Shown here: positions 13,711-30,035 of the stretch, piece after piece | How positions within the stretch are numbered: the stretch's first letter is position 1 | Layout of the letters: every line of letters begins with the position of its first letter | Source: Camelus dromedarius | Taxonomy: Eukaryota | Length of the DNA stretch: 64,000 nucleotides | Direction: 5' to 3' | Assembly (NCBI RefSeq): GCF_036321535.1 | Contig: NC_087436.1 | Coordinates: forward strand, 88,290,001 to 88,354,000 | The notes under the pieces: model-generated | What the model was told of the DNA's origin: nothing | Seen by the model: the letters and a program-made list of their open reading frames with translations, nothing else | The model's database searches: none | Translations under genes and position numbers: made by a program

Positions 13711-16700
13711 AGAAAGTTAATAAGATCAGAAGGATATTTTTAAACAATGCAGATGTTTTATAAGAGGAACTAAACAAATCTGATCTTTAATCATTTGGCT
13801 AGATATGATGGTTATCATGCAATCAATTAAAGTGGTTGGGATGAAATGGAAAGACTATCACTATGAACTCAATAATTTGGGTTTGAATTCCAGTTTTGCT
13901 ATGTGTTCTGGACACAAGAGACTGGTAAAACTCAGAGGCTCAGTTTTCTAGGCCACAAAGGTAGCTATGCCTTCTGTTCCCACCTCCATACTACTGCCAC
14001 ATCAACCTTTCTAAAACACCATTCTGTTAAGAATATTCCAGCAATCAAAAATCTCCTCCTAGATTTCATAAGTCATCCCACAGTATAGTCTTCCAACCCA
14101 GTGATTCAACTTTCTCACTTGTTCCCCAACAAACTTTTATCTTCACAGGCTCCTCTTTATACCCTAGTCAAATTAATCACTCATTCTTCTCCCTGTACTT
14201 TTTGATTGTGACAAAACAGCAAGAAATACCTTTCCACCTGTACCTAAATCCTAAGTCCCAGCTCTCACATTCAAGTCCATATAAATCTTTCTTCTATGAA
14301 CTCTCATTATTGGTTTCAGAGAGAACCAATTTCCGTGTTCATTCTGTCTCCAAGCTAAACTCTAAAGCACTGAAGGCTTAGTATCAAGCTGTATTCAGTC
14401 ATTTAAACAAATATTTATGTAGCAGCTACCACTGGCCAGGTATGGTGCTAGACAGGAATTCAAAGACGAATTAAGACAGAACTAAATGATTATACATTAC
14501 ATAGTGCTGGTTGTTAGCTCTCTCAGTTCTCTCGGGCTGTACTGTCACTGAAACCTACACTGCCTGCTCATCAAGTTCCAAACCTCTAGATTCAGGTTTC
14601 TAGACTCATCTGTTTTTTGGATTTTGTTTTTTAATCCTCTCCAGATCAGCCCTAGCTAAAAATAACTCAATGGCAAACAAGAGTTTCACTATGACAAGTC
14701 AACACAAAACCCATTATCTCCCTCCTAGAGGGGAAATTAGAGAGCTTACTCAAAAGATATTAATATCCTAAAATTACTAAATTAAAGTACTCTTTCTATA
14801 TCTACTAGTTATTAATAGACATACAGCATAATCTCTATAATTATAAAATACATTACTAATTAGGCACTAAATGCATACAATTAAAACCCTTCTCACTAAA
14901 TTGACAGCATCTATTAAATTCCATTCCTCAAGTTTATTAGACTCACAGGTCATTTGCAGACTTAGTCAGGCCCACTCCTGCTTCTTAGTCACACTTTCAA
15001 ACAAAACAACCCTCAACAGCCATACAAGGTTGGGTACTTTGTGACTCTCTTACAGGCAGATGAGCAGAAGCTCTTGAGTGGAGTAGTAGAGGGCTGTGGG
15101 TGGGAGGTATTTCCTTCTAGTAAACTGTAGAAGTGGGAGATGGTCTGATTCATCCTCATGAATTCTAAACCTCTAATTTTTAACTAAACACTACCTCCCT
15201 CTTCTTCTTCCCAAATATTTTCATAAACTTCATATTGGATATTATGGTATTGCATTATCTTGCTTCTATTATTTTTCACATTTCAAGGAGATATAATCAC
15301 TTTTTCTTTTCCTCCTTATAGTCCTTTAACAATCTAAGAACTTTCAATTTTATTGAAGAATTTGAAACTTTTCCAAGATCAAAGCAAACAGTATGTTTTG
15401 CATTTTTTGTCTTCCTCTTAAACAAGCTAGTGTTTTCCTAAAAGTGTCCATTTCCTCCATAACTTAGATTCCCAAAAGAAAGATCCCAGAGGACATGATT
15501 ATGAGTAAACAGAACAAGCAAAATAAGAATTTACATTACTGAAAGCCTTAAAACCTTTACACGTTCATTTTTGCTACTAAACTATCTCAACAGGAGTCAA
15601 CACGCAGTGTGCTTTGGCTAGTGCAAGTCATTACTATAAGGAACAGTACATTATTGTAACTCAAATCCATTTATACTAAGACACTACTTAGTGCTATTTA
15701 CTACTCAAAATGTCTCTTTAAAAAATAATGTCAAAATTAAACTAATTTACAGATATAGTAATAGATACGTTCCTAGCAGAAGGGCAAGGAGGCAGCGACC
15801 TGTATAAGTTAAGAAGGAAAGGAGCCCTTTTGGCTTACCAAGGCATCAGCACCAGCCAGGAACCCAGGAGAGTTTGGCGTGGGGATTTGCATGCAGGGTA
15901 ATCCCAAAAATGGGACTGAGGAGAGCAGTAACATCAGTGACCCAGAAGGCTCACGGAATGTGAACTATAAGCTTTGGGGTTCCTTATCTGATATTCCCAG
16001 AAAACAAAAGAGCTTGGGTTTCTTCCCCTTAACAAAAACAGACTACATATTTTAGGTAAATCTGATAAACTTGTTAATATTTACACTTGAGAAATTTCAT
16101 TTTTAAAATGCAAAGTTATAAGACAAGAATAATAGATAAGATCATGCACATCAGCGGACTTGGGCTCAGGTTCTACCAAAAACACATGTCTAAACTTACT
16201 GGAACCAACATTTCTTCATCTGTGATACATATTCTTACTACTACTAAGTAACAAGGAAAACATCAAGTGCTTTTTAACGTATCATGTTGTATTAGGACCC
16301 CTACCCTATGTGACCAGAGTAACAAAACGGATTTAAATCAGTAGGATTTTTTTTTAATTACAAAAGCAACATGTTCATGACAGAAAATTTAGAAATCATA
16401 AAAGTACAAAGTTTAAAAAAAGGTGCAACTGTTAACCTATCAAAGAGAGATATCACTATTTTAATTTTAAAACTGATTTTTAACATCAGACACTGCAGAT
16501 AGTATTTTCTTCTTTAATCAATGGGAGAGTATAGTTTAAATACTGCCATTATGCAGAGTATGTGTGAAACTCCTCATTCATAACTAGTATACGGATCATA
16601 CAAGTCATGCAAGAAATTTGGTCTCATTATTTTACAGCTTCATTTCAACATACATCTTTGACAATCAGATTGATTCAATTTAATTTCATATAACTTAACT

Positions 16701-17650
16701 CCTACTACACACAAGATACTGAAAGCCTGTTCAGACAATAAAGATGAATATGATACTGTCCCTCATTAAAATGCTCACAATCTACACTAGACAGACCAAA
16801 GTACAAGATTTGTGGTATTACATATACTCTAAAAAGATACATAAACAGTGATAGGTAACACTGAAGAGGAAGTAAACCCAGTGGGAGATTAAGAATTTCA
16901 TGGAGAGAAAAAAAGTACTCTATCCAGAACGAACAATAAAAGGTAATAAGCATGAATGTCCATGAAGTATTCTGACAATAGCAAGTAAATCTACAAAAAA
17001 GGTTAATTGGAGTTGGACTGCTGCTAACCCATTTTTACTCACTAGGCATAATAATGACTTTAAACAGTTTTTCAAAACTCAAACCAACCCTAAGAGGAAA
17101 CGAATCTGCCATTACTGAGGATATTCAGAGAAATGTGCCATAGATTTAGTGAAAATAAATCCATGATGCTTACATTGCTAAAGATCTCTCCCCCATTTAA
17201 GCTTGGCACTTTGTCTTGAAGGTACCTTATGTTCCCAAATAGATTATAATATTTTAACCAGAAAAACCCTGAGTTTAAAAGAATACATAGAAATAATCAA
17301 TTCAACTTTTTATGTCTTTGTAACATCCCTTGCCACAGGACCATCCAGTAGTCTTTACTGCTGAAGGTTACTTACAACACTTTTTAAAGGTAGTCCATAC
17401 CATCTAGGAATAGCTTTATTAGAAAATTCTTCCTTATATTAAATATTTCCCTACCTCCAGTGTATACCTATTGTCCTAGTAATGATCTCCAGAGTTATAC
17501 AGAATAAGTCTAAAAAAAAAAAAATCAATCTATATACAGGTTAAATAAATCAAGATCAAATTTTTTATCAGGCTTGGTCTGAATCTTAATGCATTACATT
17601 AGCTACGTGACTTTGCATTTAGTTTCCTTACCTGTAAAACGGGGATAACA

Positions 17651-18000
17651 TGACACCTACTACAACACAGATGAACTCTGAAGACACAACAATAAATGAA
17701 ATAATCCAGACACTAAAGGCAAAGACTATATGATTCCATTTATATGAGGTACCCAGAAGAATCAAATTCACAGACACAGAAAGTAGAATGGTGGTTACCA
17801 GGGGCTGGGAGCAGAGAGAAGAGGGGAATGAGGAGTTACTGTTCATACAGCGTTTCACTTTGTAAAGATAAAAGGTTCTAGAGATGGATGGTGGTGATGA
17901 TTGAGCAACAATATAAATGTACCTAATATGCCACTGAACCATAAATTTAAAAATGGTTACAATGGTAAATTTTATTTTGTATATTTTACCCCAATTTTTA
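17651..18000 (+). mobile_element. L1M 3' end inserted into a MIR
   Basis: L1 3'UTR flanked by AAAA(C/T)GGGGATAACA at 17636-17650 and 18001-18015; MIR sequence continues on both sides. Confidence 0.8.
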
Positions 18001-20017
18001 AAAATGGGGATAACAATAACTACAACTCAAAACTGCAGATTAAATGATTTAACATGCATAAAATGCCTTATACAATACTTGGTACATAGAATATGCTCAA
18101 ATGAGAATGACTAATATATTTTATCAATCATGTGGCCTTCTTTAGCTAAATTCCATTTTTTAAGAAAGCAAGAAAATGCAGTATCATGTCTCTAGATGTT
18201 CACAACACTGTACTGCTCACATTAAAGGAGCTCTAAGTATTTATTCTATTAAAGAAAAAAAATGTAAAGCCACGTTAGAATCACTGAAAAACCACTGCTA
18301 AGAAGGGAATAAAACGCTCATCTAGATGTACAACTTCTGATTCATTTAAAACACACACACAAACCACGTTAAAGTAACATCTCCTTGGTACAGAAGAGCC
18401 TAGAAAACAAAACTTCAGGAGATGTTAATCAGTGAATGATTGCCAAACTGTAAGTGGTGATAATTATACATATTAAATTGCTTTATTAACCTAAGCTTAT
18501 CATATTAAATTACAGGTAAATTGTACCAATGGCCCCCTACAAAAAACATGCATAAAACAAAGAGGTCAGCTAATAAGTCCATTCTCAGAAATGGAGGGCT
18601 CTGAGTGAAAAAATACAGTAAGTGAAAACAACATACCTATATCTGACTCAGAGATGAAAAGTCAGTCTGAGTTTAAACTGTCTTCATAAACTGGAAAGAA
18701 AACTCATTTAAAGTAGAATGGATTTAACAGGATATGAGGAATTTACCAGATTTCCAATCTCAAAAAATTTTAAAAACAGAAGAAATAATCATTTGCCTTG
18801 GCCAGCTTGAATATTAAGCAGCTTAAAAACAAAAGGTATGATCACATGATCTCAAAGACCATTTCTAATTTTATTTGCTATGATTTTAAGTTCTGCAAAA
18901 GTTCCTAAGGGCCCCACAGAGAGCCTAACAGCTGATACCTATTTTCTCTTAACATCTTTATTCTCAATCTGTTGTCACCTCTACAGATATACGGGGGTTA
19001 TGTCAGCAATAATGAATCTCTCAAAGAAAAAGGGAAAAAATAAGAAAGCAACAAACTTCTGGATACTGACAAACAATTTTCACTAACAAATACTGATCAG
19101 ATAACACAGTCTTTATGCATATATATGCAATACTAAACTCTTACCTACAACAGTGCAGCACAGTAGATGAATAAACAGTCTAAAACTCATTTAGAAAGTA
19201 TTTCACACATACTTTTGCCTCCCTTTTGCCCACATGTAAATTCCTTTTCAATTAGCACAATTCACAGTAGGAATGAAGGAAACAATCTGGAAACTTAGAG
19301 AGATGGTTAAGTCAGTTCCTAACCCTCCCCCTCAGCAATGAATATTTTAAATAGTAAATAAAGATTTTTATGTATTAAATGCACTTGTTCATTCTTTTGT
19401 ATGAGGCTCTTGAGAAAGTCTAATAAAAACCATTAAAAAGGGGTCCTTTCTTTGAGACCCGACCCCAACACTGTTTCTTTCCTCAGTAAAAGTATACTTG
19501 TTTTAGGTAAATTTCATGAAGAAAATGTGGACTTATGGAAAATTAGACTTAATTTTTCTTTTTTACAAAAACACAAGAGCCTGAAAGTACAAGTACTAAA
19601 ACTAAAAATGTTAAGTAACTGTAAATGTAAAAATCAGGATGATATTACTGATTACTGAGCTGATTACAGTCCAACAGGCCAAAGGAAGATATAAATGATG
19701 TTACTTACCTAATACAAATTTCAATTTTAGCACAAAGAGTGATATGGGACCACTTCAAGTATTTCGACATCTGCTCAAAACCTCACCCTGCATACAGAAC
19801 ACCTAAGAAATTCCTGATTTGCCTCAACAATTAATTTTCTCAAAAGGCTGGGAAAGAAATAGGAACTGGACCTGTTCCAACCATCACCAACAAATTAACT
19901 GAGAATATCAAAACAATCAAAATACTAGAAGAAAGAGGTCATTTCATCTTGGTGTTTATAACAAAATAAAAAGAAAATTCTAAACATAGATGTGCAAACT
20001 AATTTCTAGAAAATCTG

Positions 20018-20408
20018 GGGGAGAGGGCATAGCTCAGTGGTAGAGTGTGTGCCTAGCATGCACGAGGTCCTGGGTTCAATCCCCAGTACTGCCATTAACA
20101 ATAAATAAATAAGATAAACCTAATTACTCACCCTCCAAAAAAAATTAATTAAATGATGAGAAGATCATAAACTTAAACTCTTTGGGGGGTGGAAAGGGAC
20201 TGGGATTTCAAAATGTAGAATAGATAAACAAGATTGTACTGTGTAGCACAGGGAAATATATACAGGGTCTTGTGGTGGCTCACAGCAAAAGAGAATGTGA
20301 CAATGAATGTATGTACATTCATGTGTAACTGTAAAATTCTGCTCTACACTGGAATTTGACACAGCATTGTAAAATGACTATAACTCAATAAAAAAATGTT
20401 TAAAAAAA
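20018..20408 (+). mobile_element. Composite tRNA-SINE + L1 3' end within one TSD pair
   Basis: SINE head from 20018 to about 20145, then L1 3'UTR ending gactataactcaataaaaaa; TSD AGAAAATCTG at 20008-20017 and 20409-20418. Confidence 0.85.
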
Positions 20409-21471
20409 AGAAAATCTGATCTAAAAACATTTAGAGTACATTTGATGATATTAAATAATTATTTTTAATGAGAAAGGGCTAAACTGGTATTGTAGTTATA
20501 TTTGAAGAGTCCTTATCTTCTACTACAATATTTAGTAATTAAACGATATGATGCTTGAGATGGAATTTGCTTCAAAATAGCCCAGGGGGTTGAGGTATGA
20601 ATGGTATAGATGAAACAAGAATGGCATGAGTTGGTAAGTGTTAAACATGGGTGATAAATGGAGGTTCATTTTATTGTTCACTCTACTTTTGTATGCTTGA
20701 AATTTTCCAAATAGTTTCTTTTTTAAAGTTCACTGCAAAAATAGGCCAGTCTAGAACTAAAATAAAATGGTGATGACTATAACAGTGTTGAAAATGAACA
20801 TTTATATATTCAATTTGTACCAGGAACTGTTCTAAAACACTTTACATATATTACATTTAATTCTATATGGTTGATACAATAATTAACGCTATTTTACAGA
20901 TAATGAGTTTCAAGCACAGAGAGTAAGTGGTTGACAAGGTTGCACAGTTGACAAGGGTAAGAGCAGGGATTTCAACTCAGGCTATCTAGTTCCAGAGTCA
21001 TGGCTCTAAGCTACAATCTGACTTCCAGGGCCTCCAAAGGCCGAGTGAGCACATGAATAATGAGTACAAAAAAAGGCCCTCAGATAAAGAAATTAATAAA
21101 AATACACATAGGGCTCAAGCTGTTAAAGACAAATGATCAAAAGACAGAATCTAATAGCCAAAGGTGAACAACAGTATAAATCTATGAAGAATAATATACA
21201 AAATACAGTTAATTAGAATTAGGTAAGGGTTGAAAAACTTTCAATATAGTCAGACTAACTGGGTTCCAATCCTAGCTAGGCCATATACTTGTGTGACTAT
21301 AAGCAAATTATTTAACCTAAGCTTTAATTTCCTCATCTTTAAAACAAGGGCAATAGTCTGACTATATTGGGTTACTAAGAAGATGAAATACTGTGTATAA
21401 GATGTTTAGCATGTATCTGTCACATGTTAATGCAATAAATAATTGTTAGTGATTATTAAAAATAAAAGAGT

Positions 21472-21613
21472 GGGGGAGAGGGTATATTTCAGTGGTAGAG
21501 TGTACGCTTAGCATGCATGAGGTCCCGGGTTCAATCCTCAGTACCTCAACATAAACAAACAAACAAATAAATGTAAAAACCTAATTACCTCCTCCCCCAA
21601 AATTTTTTTAAAT
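21472..21613 (+). mobile_element. tRNA-derived camelid-type SINE
   Basis: SINE head; TSD AAATAAAAGAG at 21460-21470 and 21614-21624. Confidence 0.88.
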
Positions 21614-21639
21614 AAATAAAAGAGCAATAAAAACCACAC

Positions 21640-22690
21640 TGAAGGATGTCCATCTTCACCACTTATACCCAACATGATACTGGATATTCTAGCCAGGGTA
21701 ATTAGGCAAGAAGATGAAATAAAAGGCATCCAGATTGGAAAAAAAGTAAAATTGGGGGAGGGTATAGCTCAAGTGGTAGAGCACATGCTCAGCATGCAGG
21801 AAGTCCTGGGTTCAATCCCCAGTACTTCCTCTAAAAGTAAATAAATAAACCTACTTACCTCCCCACCAAAAAAAAAAAAGGTAAAATTATCCCTTGTTAG
21901 CAGATGACTTGATCTTATTTATAAAAAATCCTAAGGAATCCACACCCCACCAAAAAACTATTACAGGTGATAAATGACTTAAGTAAGACTGTAGGAGACA
22001 ACGACATCAATATATAAAAATCAACTGTATTTTTATATAGCAGCAATGAACAATCCAAAAATGAAATTAAGAATAACAATTCTATTTACAGTGCCATCAA
22101 AAAACAAAAGGACTAAAAATAAAATTAACAAAAGAAATGTAAGACTTACACACTGGAAATTACAAAACACAACTGAAAGAAATTAAAGAAGACCTAAGTG
22201 AACGGAAAGACATTCAGTGTTCATGGACTGAAAAAAATCAATATTCTTAAGATCTCAATAGTTAAGATCCCCCATTGATCTACAGAGTGAATACAACCCC
22301 TATCAAAATTCCAGGTGCCTTTTTATTTTTTTTTTTTTTTGGCTGAAACTTACAAGCTGATTCTGAAATTCATATTACAAGGACCCTTGAATAGCCAAAA
22401 CAATCGTGAAACAAACAAAAACAGAATTGGAGAACTCACATTTTTCAATTTCAAAACTTACCAAAAAGCTACAGTAATCACAACTGTGTAGTACCGGTAT
22501 AAGGGTAGTCATAGATCAATGGAATAGAATTGACAGTCTGTGAATAAACCCTTACATTTATGGGCAACTGATTTTTTTGACAAGGGTGCTAAAACAATTT
22601 AATGGGAACAGAAACGTCTTCTCAATAAATGGTATAGGGACAACTGGATACCCACATGCAAAAAAAATGACGTTGGACCCCTACCTCACC
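21640..22690 (+). mobile_element. L1 ORF2 fragment interrupted by a SINE
   Basis: attaggcaagaagatgaaataaaaggcatccagattgg...tttgacaagggtgctaaaacaattt...ttggacccctacctcacc. Confidence 0.85.
21754..21879 (+). mobile_element. tRNA-derived camelid-type SINE nested in L1
   Basis: gggggagggtatagctcaagtggtagagc...; GTAAAATT duplicated on both sides. Confidence 0.9.
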
Positions 22691-22899
22691 ACCACATGAT
22701 GAATCACCAACTTATTGCTGACCCAAAATCTGTTGATCTGAAGTTTTATGGCAGGGTCAAAAGCCTGGTTAAGAGGAAATATGATAATTTCTAAAGAGAA
22801 AAATAAGCAATGTCTAGAAATTCCAGACCAGGCTGATTCCTTACAAAATTCAAAACTAGCTTAAACAAAATGTTTGTAAAGTTAGAAAAGGAAAAAGTC

Positions 22900-23770
22900 A
22901 GAAGATTCATCATGAGCAAGTCAAACCATATTAACTAGTTTCTATTTTGATAAGTTAACTTCACTGCAGGTAAGAACTCTGTAGGCATCATATAGCTTAA
23001 TTATAGCAAGCCATTTGGTAAAATCTTTCATAATATCCAGCCAGGCAAAACAGCATATGGGCTTGATAATATTACATAGAAATAATAGTTGCTGAGAAAC
23101 CAGTGTGTTGATTAACGATGTTAACCTGGAGGGAGTCTAATCAAGCTGTATGCTTCAGAGCTCTTTATTCTGTCATTTTAATATTTTTATCAACTTGAAT
23201 GAAGACCCAGTAGGTATGCCTACCAAAAAATTGGAAGGAACAGATAATATTAAATGCCTAAATCAAGACTAACAAAATGAAATACAAAGGCCTAATATTT
23301 AGGCTAAAAAAATTTTGTTACAGAAAACCAGGGTGCGGAAGACTTAATTTAACCTATGTATGAAGGATATGGAGTATGACTGACACTACTGGCTAATACT
23401 AAGCATAAGTAACAGAAGTTAAAACTGTGAATGAAGTATTTAGTTTTAAAATAATAGCATTTAGCTCAAGAAGATATATCCAACCACACACTGTCTGATC
23501 AAATACCATCTAAAATGCTGAGTATGATTCTGGGAATCATGGTCAATGACGAAGAGCAACTAAAATTCATTAAGAGAAAAATGACCACAATTGAAGGATC
23601 AGAGAATTACATTCGCTAAGGAATGACTAAATAAACTGGGACTGTTTTACTCTGAAGAAGAGATGAGAATGCTCAGAATGTGTGATGGGGAGGAGTCAGC
23701 AGGGTCACAATAACAGTATTCAAATATTGTAAGGGGCTATTCATGTGGAAAAGGAATTATACTTGGAGAA
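22900..23770 (+). mobile_element. L3/CR1 ancient LINE fragment
   Basis: Decayed RT-region pattern (attaactagtttctattttgataag...tatagcttaattatagcaagccatttggtaaa, resembling TNLISFYDK..YLDFSKAFDK). Confidence 0.6.
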
Positions 23771-25579
23771 AGAAAATTTAGTGGGAACAGCATAAGCTAT
23801 GATGTCATAAAAAGCTGGATTCAAATCCTGGCTATCATTTACCATGTTATTTGATGCTTAGAAAGGTCAAGTTTCCTCACCTAGAAAATGCTACTTACTT
23901 CATAAACGGATAAAAATTAAATGCAATTAAGTGTAAAAATGTGAGTTGCCTGGCATAGCCTAACACGTTGTGATGCACAATAACGTTAGTTCTCTTCTCT
24001 AAACTTTTGAGTTGTTACTAGAAGAGCGTTTTTCAAACTGAGAATTACCCATTAATGGGTGAGCAAATCAGCTCAGTAGGTTGTAACCAGCTTTTTTTTC
24101 CTGAAGAAACAGAACAAAATAGAAAATATTAGTGCTTACCACATGTACTAAGTACAGTTTTGTGAAACTCTTGTTTCAATTATTCATATATATTTGTGTA
24201 CGAGGTTATGGTATAAAATGTCTTTCTTATCATGAAGCTGGGTTCAGGAAAAAGAAGCTGTGAAAGCCACTGCTCTAAGAACACTATTTTCTAGGTATGC
24301 TCTACAGATACTAGTTCCTTGGGAGTGCAAATAAATTTAGTAAACAAACTATACCACTTACAGATTTACCATACTAAATATATACGATCGTATCAAAAAA
24401 AATCCAGCATTAAAGAAACATTTTTGTTGTTGTTGAACTGTTTTTCCCATATATTTTGATCTCAGGTCCACAATATCTACTAACCATCTTCAGAACTAGC
24501 ATTTTGTGGTTTACATTTGGGGGAAAACATTCCTCTAGATGAAAAAAGAAATGGTGTAAGTTACAGAAAGTAGATTTTTAGCTTGCTAAGAAAAAAACTC
24601 TCTAAATCTTTCTTTCTCTACCACTAACACCTACCACCACCCCTTTTAACTTATACTCCAAATACATACTCCAAAGTACTGTAAATATGATTTATCAAAC
24701 TTTTAATTCACACAAATCTTCTCAGAAAAAGTGCAGGACATCTATAGTATCAAGATATATAGTAACCAGGATCAAAGCAGTAAGCAGGTACCATCTGGTC
24801 AAAAGAAACTTCTGGCATAGTATATAAGAAGACTTGTTTTACCTGAACAAACCCTATGTTCAGAAACCAAAGCAGCAAAGACTTAGTCAGCTTCTCCAAG
24901 CGGAGTCAACGTGTTCTAAGAATACATAATCTAAAATGGGCTGATGAGTGCAGCTAATCCTCGTTATTATTAAGAGCATCATTATAATCATCACTTGTAA
25001 GAAGCATGTGATGATATTTAGATGATTCTGGTTTCTTTTAAAGTGTCTACATACCTAGGATTCCTTTGAGAGCACATGATTTCACACTAATATGAAAAAC
25101 TGTCACTTCTAATAATATTTAGTATCACTTGACAATAAAATAAAGGCTTGACATCATATATTCAAGAGTATCGACGTAATTCAAACCTTTCTAATTGGGA
25201 GTTACAAATATTTCTGCCTCTAGCAGTTGTCAGAGCATAAAAGCCACCTCTCAAAGTCTGCCCCAACTACTTTAGACTATTATTTTCTTCCCAATTCTGA
25301 GCACTCTCAGTACTTTTTGTCCCTATCACTCTTTTTAGCAATTCATTGTGTATTTCCTAGACTATTTCTTATTTTATTCCTGCATAAAGCTTGACTACGA
25401 TAACTGCCTTAATGAGCAGGGATCAACATTTAAGAATCTCCCACAAGATCCTGAAAGCACTCACCCAATATTTCTCAATTTAAACAAACAGGCTTAAGAG
25501 TAATTGTAGCTAGTCTCAGAGAGCTAATATGCCAGACTCATGCTAAAAGCATAAATCAACAACACTTCATTAAAATATT

Positions 25580-25760
25580 TTTTAAAAGCATACAGATTAT
25601 CTCACATAATGTTCACAACTCTAAAGAGGTAAGAACTATTATTTTCTCCATCCAATAGAGGAAGAAGGCGAGGCTTAGAGTAACTTGCCCAAGGTCGTAC
25701 AGCTAGTAAGTAGCAGAGCCAGGGACTGAATCCAGGCAAAGCTCTTAACCACCTCTGTAA
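25580..25760 (-). mobile_element. MIR SINE
   Basis: gaggcttagagtaacttgcccaaggtcgtacagctagtaagtagcagagcc. Confidence 0.75.
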
Positions 25761-26379
25761 AGTTGTAGCCCTGCAATACCATAGTCCATGAAGGATTTCA
25801 ATTTCACTAAGTTAGAAGTTTCAGTGTCAACAAAGAGCAGAGGTATCTCAGCTAAAAATTAAAACTTTTAAAAAAGGGTAAGTTAAGAATTTCCAATTGA
25901 CATCTTTCTGCTGTTATAATAAACCATGAGGGAAACTGCCTCCCTTGTCCTTTCTATATATGGAAGTGATATGGTGTGGATCACAACTTTATCAAGAAGT
26001 GACTTATGACAATACAGTTCGGTTTAGGTTTTTAAATAGGGCTCTCTGCCCCTAGGATGATACAGAACTGAAAGGATAACTGTCACTTCTCAGCTCCGAA
26101 AAACGGCAGACCCAATTCGTGTTTAAAAAAGGAGAGCCAGGGCTCTTGTTCCACCTTTGACTGTACACAAAGCAGCACCATCCTCTGCCCTCTTCACACA
26201 AAGCAAGCTTTACCCCACTACCCGAGAGGGAGTGCTGATTCACATGGTCTCCCCATCGCGGACAGAAACGTACCCATCTCCCACTGGCCCAAAACACTGA
26301 CCACTGCACAGACTTAAGACCACTCTGGTCTGCTCCCCGACCAGGTGATACCTCATCAAGCAGACCCCTCCCCCAAATC

Positions 26380-27800
<1,421 letters not shown>

Positions 27801-29344
27801 TGGGGCGCTCAACAGGGCCCCGTTTACTGTGTCTGTTCAGCAAATATTTATTCGATGCCTCCTTGAAATAGGAGATTGTCAGGGCTGGCAGGAGCCTCAG
27901 ACCATCTGTGACCCGTTTCTTCCTCTGAAAATGAGAAAACAGAATCCCAAATGGTTAAGAGAGGTCTAAGGTCAAAATAATAACCATAAATTGTTGAGTG
28001 CTTACTACGGACCAGACACTGTGCTAAGCACTTTAAAGGCGTCATCTCGTTTATTAGAAAAACTTTCCCGATTTAAAGTTTACTGCACAATGGCATGGAA
28101 GCAGGAGATAGAAACCCATTCCTCTCATCTTTGTTAATGCATAATCTGCTCTTTGGCTCGTTTTTCTTCTGAAAAACTTTTCATAGTGTGTTGAATTTTT
28201 AAAAAGTTATATACTGAAAGTACTTTAATAAACTTTGACAAATACTGATGAATGCTGGGAGATGTATGAATGTAAAAAAAAAAAAATCTGCCTTCGGTGG
28301 CACCTGTTTATAATTCGTACTACTGACAGCAAAACAAAACAAAACACCTAAATTCTTTGTTGTGATCACATTTACTGCTCTTCAGATGTCAATTGTGAAC
28401 TATTTGGCTTGTATCTGCAGTTTTCCTCTAATTGCCTCCTCCACCCTTAGCTAATAATGATCCAGTCCTATTACACCTGGGTGGGCACTCATATAACGTG
28501 GTTTGTTTCTACCCTTGAGCCTTTCTGCGCTGTATTTTCCCTGCCTAGATATTCTACCTGCCAAATTCGACTCCTTTTCTTAAAACCCATGCTCACCCAT
28601 CCAGGAAACCTTTTTCTGACAATTCCACAAAGATCTAATTGTTTCTGTTTAGCATCACCTGATCCATCATTTTCAACAGGTGTTTGCACTTGTAAAAAAT
28701 CTGCTTCTTTTTCTAAGTCTTTTTCGTTTGTTGTCTGTATGCTTGATGAAAAGAGACCATTCATTTTTGTTTTCCATGTCTAGTATAGTATCTGACACAG
28801 TGGACATTCAATATCTGGTTTGTTGAAAGTTATGAAGAATGTAAATTCTTATTAGTCAAGGACCAGATGTTTGTTCATGGCTAAAAAAAAGCATTGAGTA
28901 TTTCCAAAGTTTGCTGACTAACTATGAAGTATTTTCCCTTTCCTAGTCAAAAGATGTCTGTTAACAGACAATAATTGTGAAGTAATATGTATTATCTATA
29001 TAATTCACATCTAAATATCATTGCTGTCTCTGACACATCTGAACTAGTCACCAGAGGGTTAAACATCATGACTGCTTCACATATAGCACTTTTCACTTGC
29101 ATTTAATGTTTTGTGAAATAGATTCCAACGAGCCAGGTTCTGTAACAAGAACATTTACTTTAAATATATTCCTTGAAAAAGTAGTTCATATGACATTATG
29201 AAGTTAAATGCTAATATTTCATGGGGCAAGGAGAGGCTGATATAATGTGGAGAAATGAATGGGGAATTAGAAGGCAGGATGGCAGATTCCAGCTATACCA
29301 CAAATGCGGTACTGGACCTTAATCTCTGAACCTTACACAGATCA

Positions 29345-30035
29345 TGCTGGCTCTATTCAAAATATATCTGAATGGTTCTAGCACCTCCATTGGTACAACT
29401 CTAGTTCAAGTTGCCATCTGTCCTTATCTAGCTTACCATGGTACTCTCTTAATGAGCTGTTCCAATTTGCTGTTTACAATCTGCAATGTGCACAGCAACT
29501 AGATGATAACTCAGATCAGGTCGCTCCTTTGCTAGGAATCCTCCACTTGTTTCCCAACATACTTGAAATCCCAAGTCCTTTCCTTGGTCTGTAAGACTGG
29601 ATACTGAGAAACTTCTGCAGGTATCCCATTAAATACCACGATTCCCCTCCATCACTCTGCTCCAGCCACACTGGCCTTTCGGATGTTCACACTTTAGGAA
29701 CTTCACACTTGCTGTTCCCTCTGGGATCTATTCTTCCTCCACATTGTCTCATGACTAGCCTTCTCCCTTCATTCAGGTCTCAGCTCAAATATCACCACCT
29801 AAGTTCACTAATCTCATTATGATGACCTCATAAAAGAGCATCCCTGTCATCCCCCATCCTCTTAACCTGTTTCATTTTTCCTCAGACACATCATCTATTT
29901 CTTCCTTTGCTTACTGCCTGTCTCTCCCCTGTAGAATGTGAACTGTGTGTAAACAGGATTCACTGCTGTATCTCCAATGCCAGGAACAGTGCCTACTAGA
30001 TGATAGGTGTTCAATAAATATTGAATGAATGGATG
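29345..30035 (+). mobile_element. L2 LINE 3' fragment
   Basis: ctccagccacactggcct...tcaataaatattgaatgaatgg. Confidence 0.8.

Noticed and set aside
20018..20095. tRNA genes at the tRNA-like heads (also 21754, 36880, 55013 and others)
   Set aside because: Each has an A-rich tail, usually a TSD, and degenerate stems, so they are SINEs rather than tRNAs.
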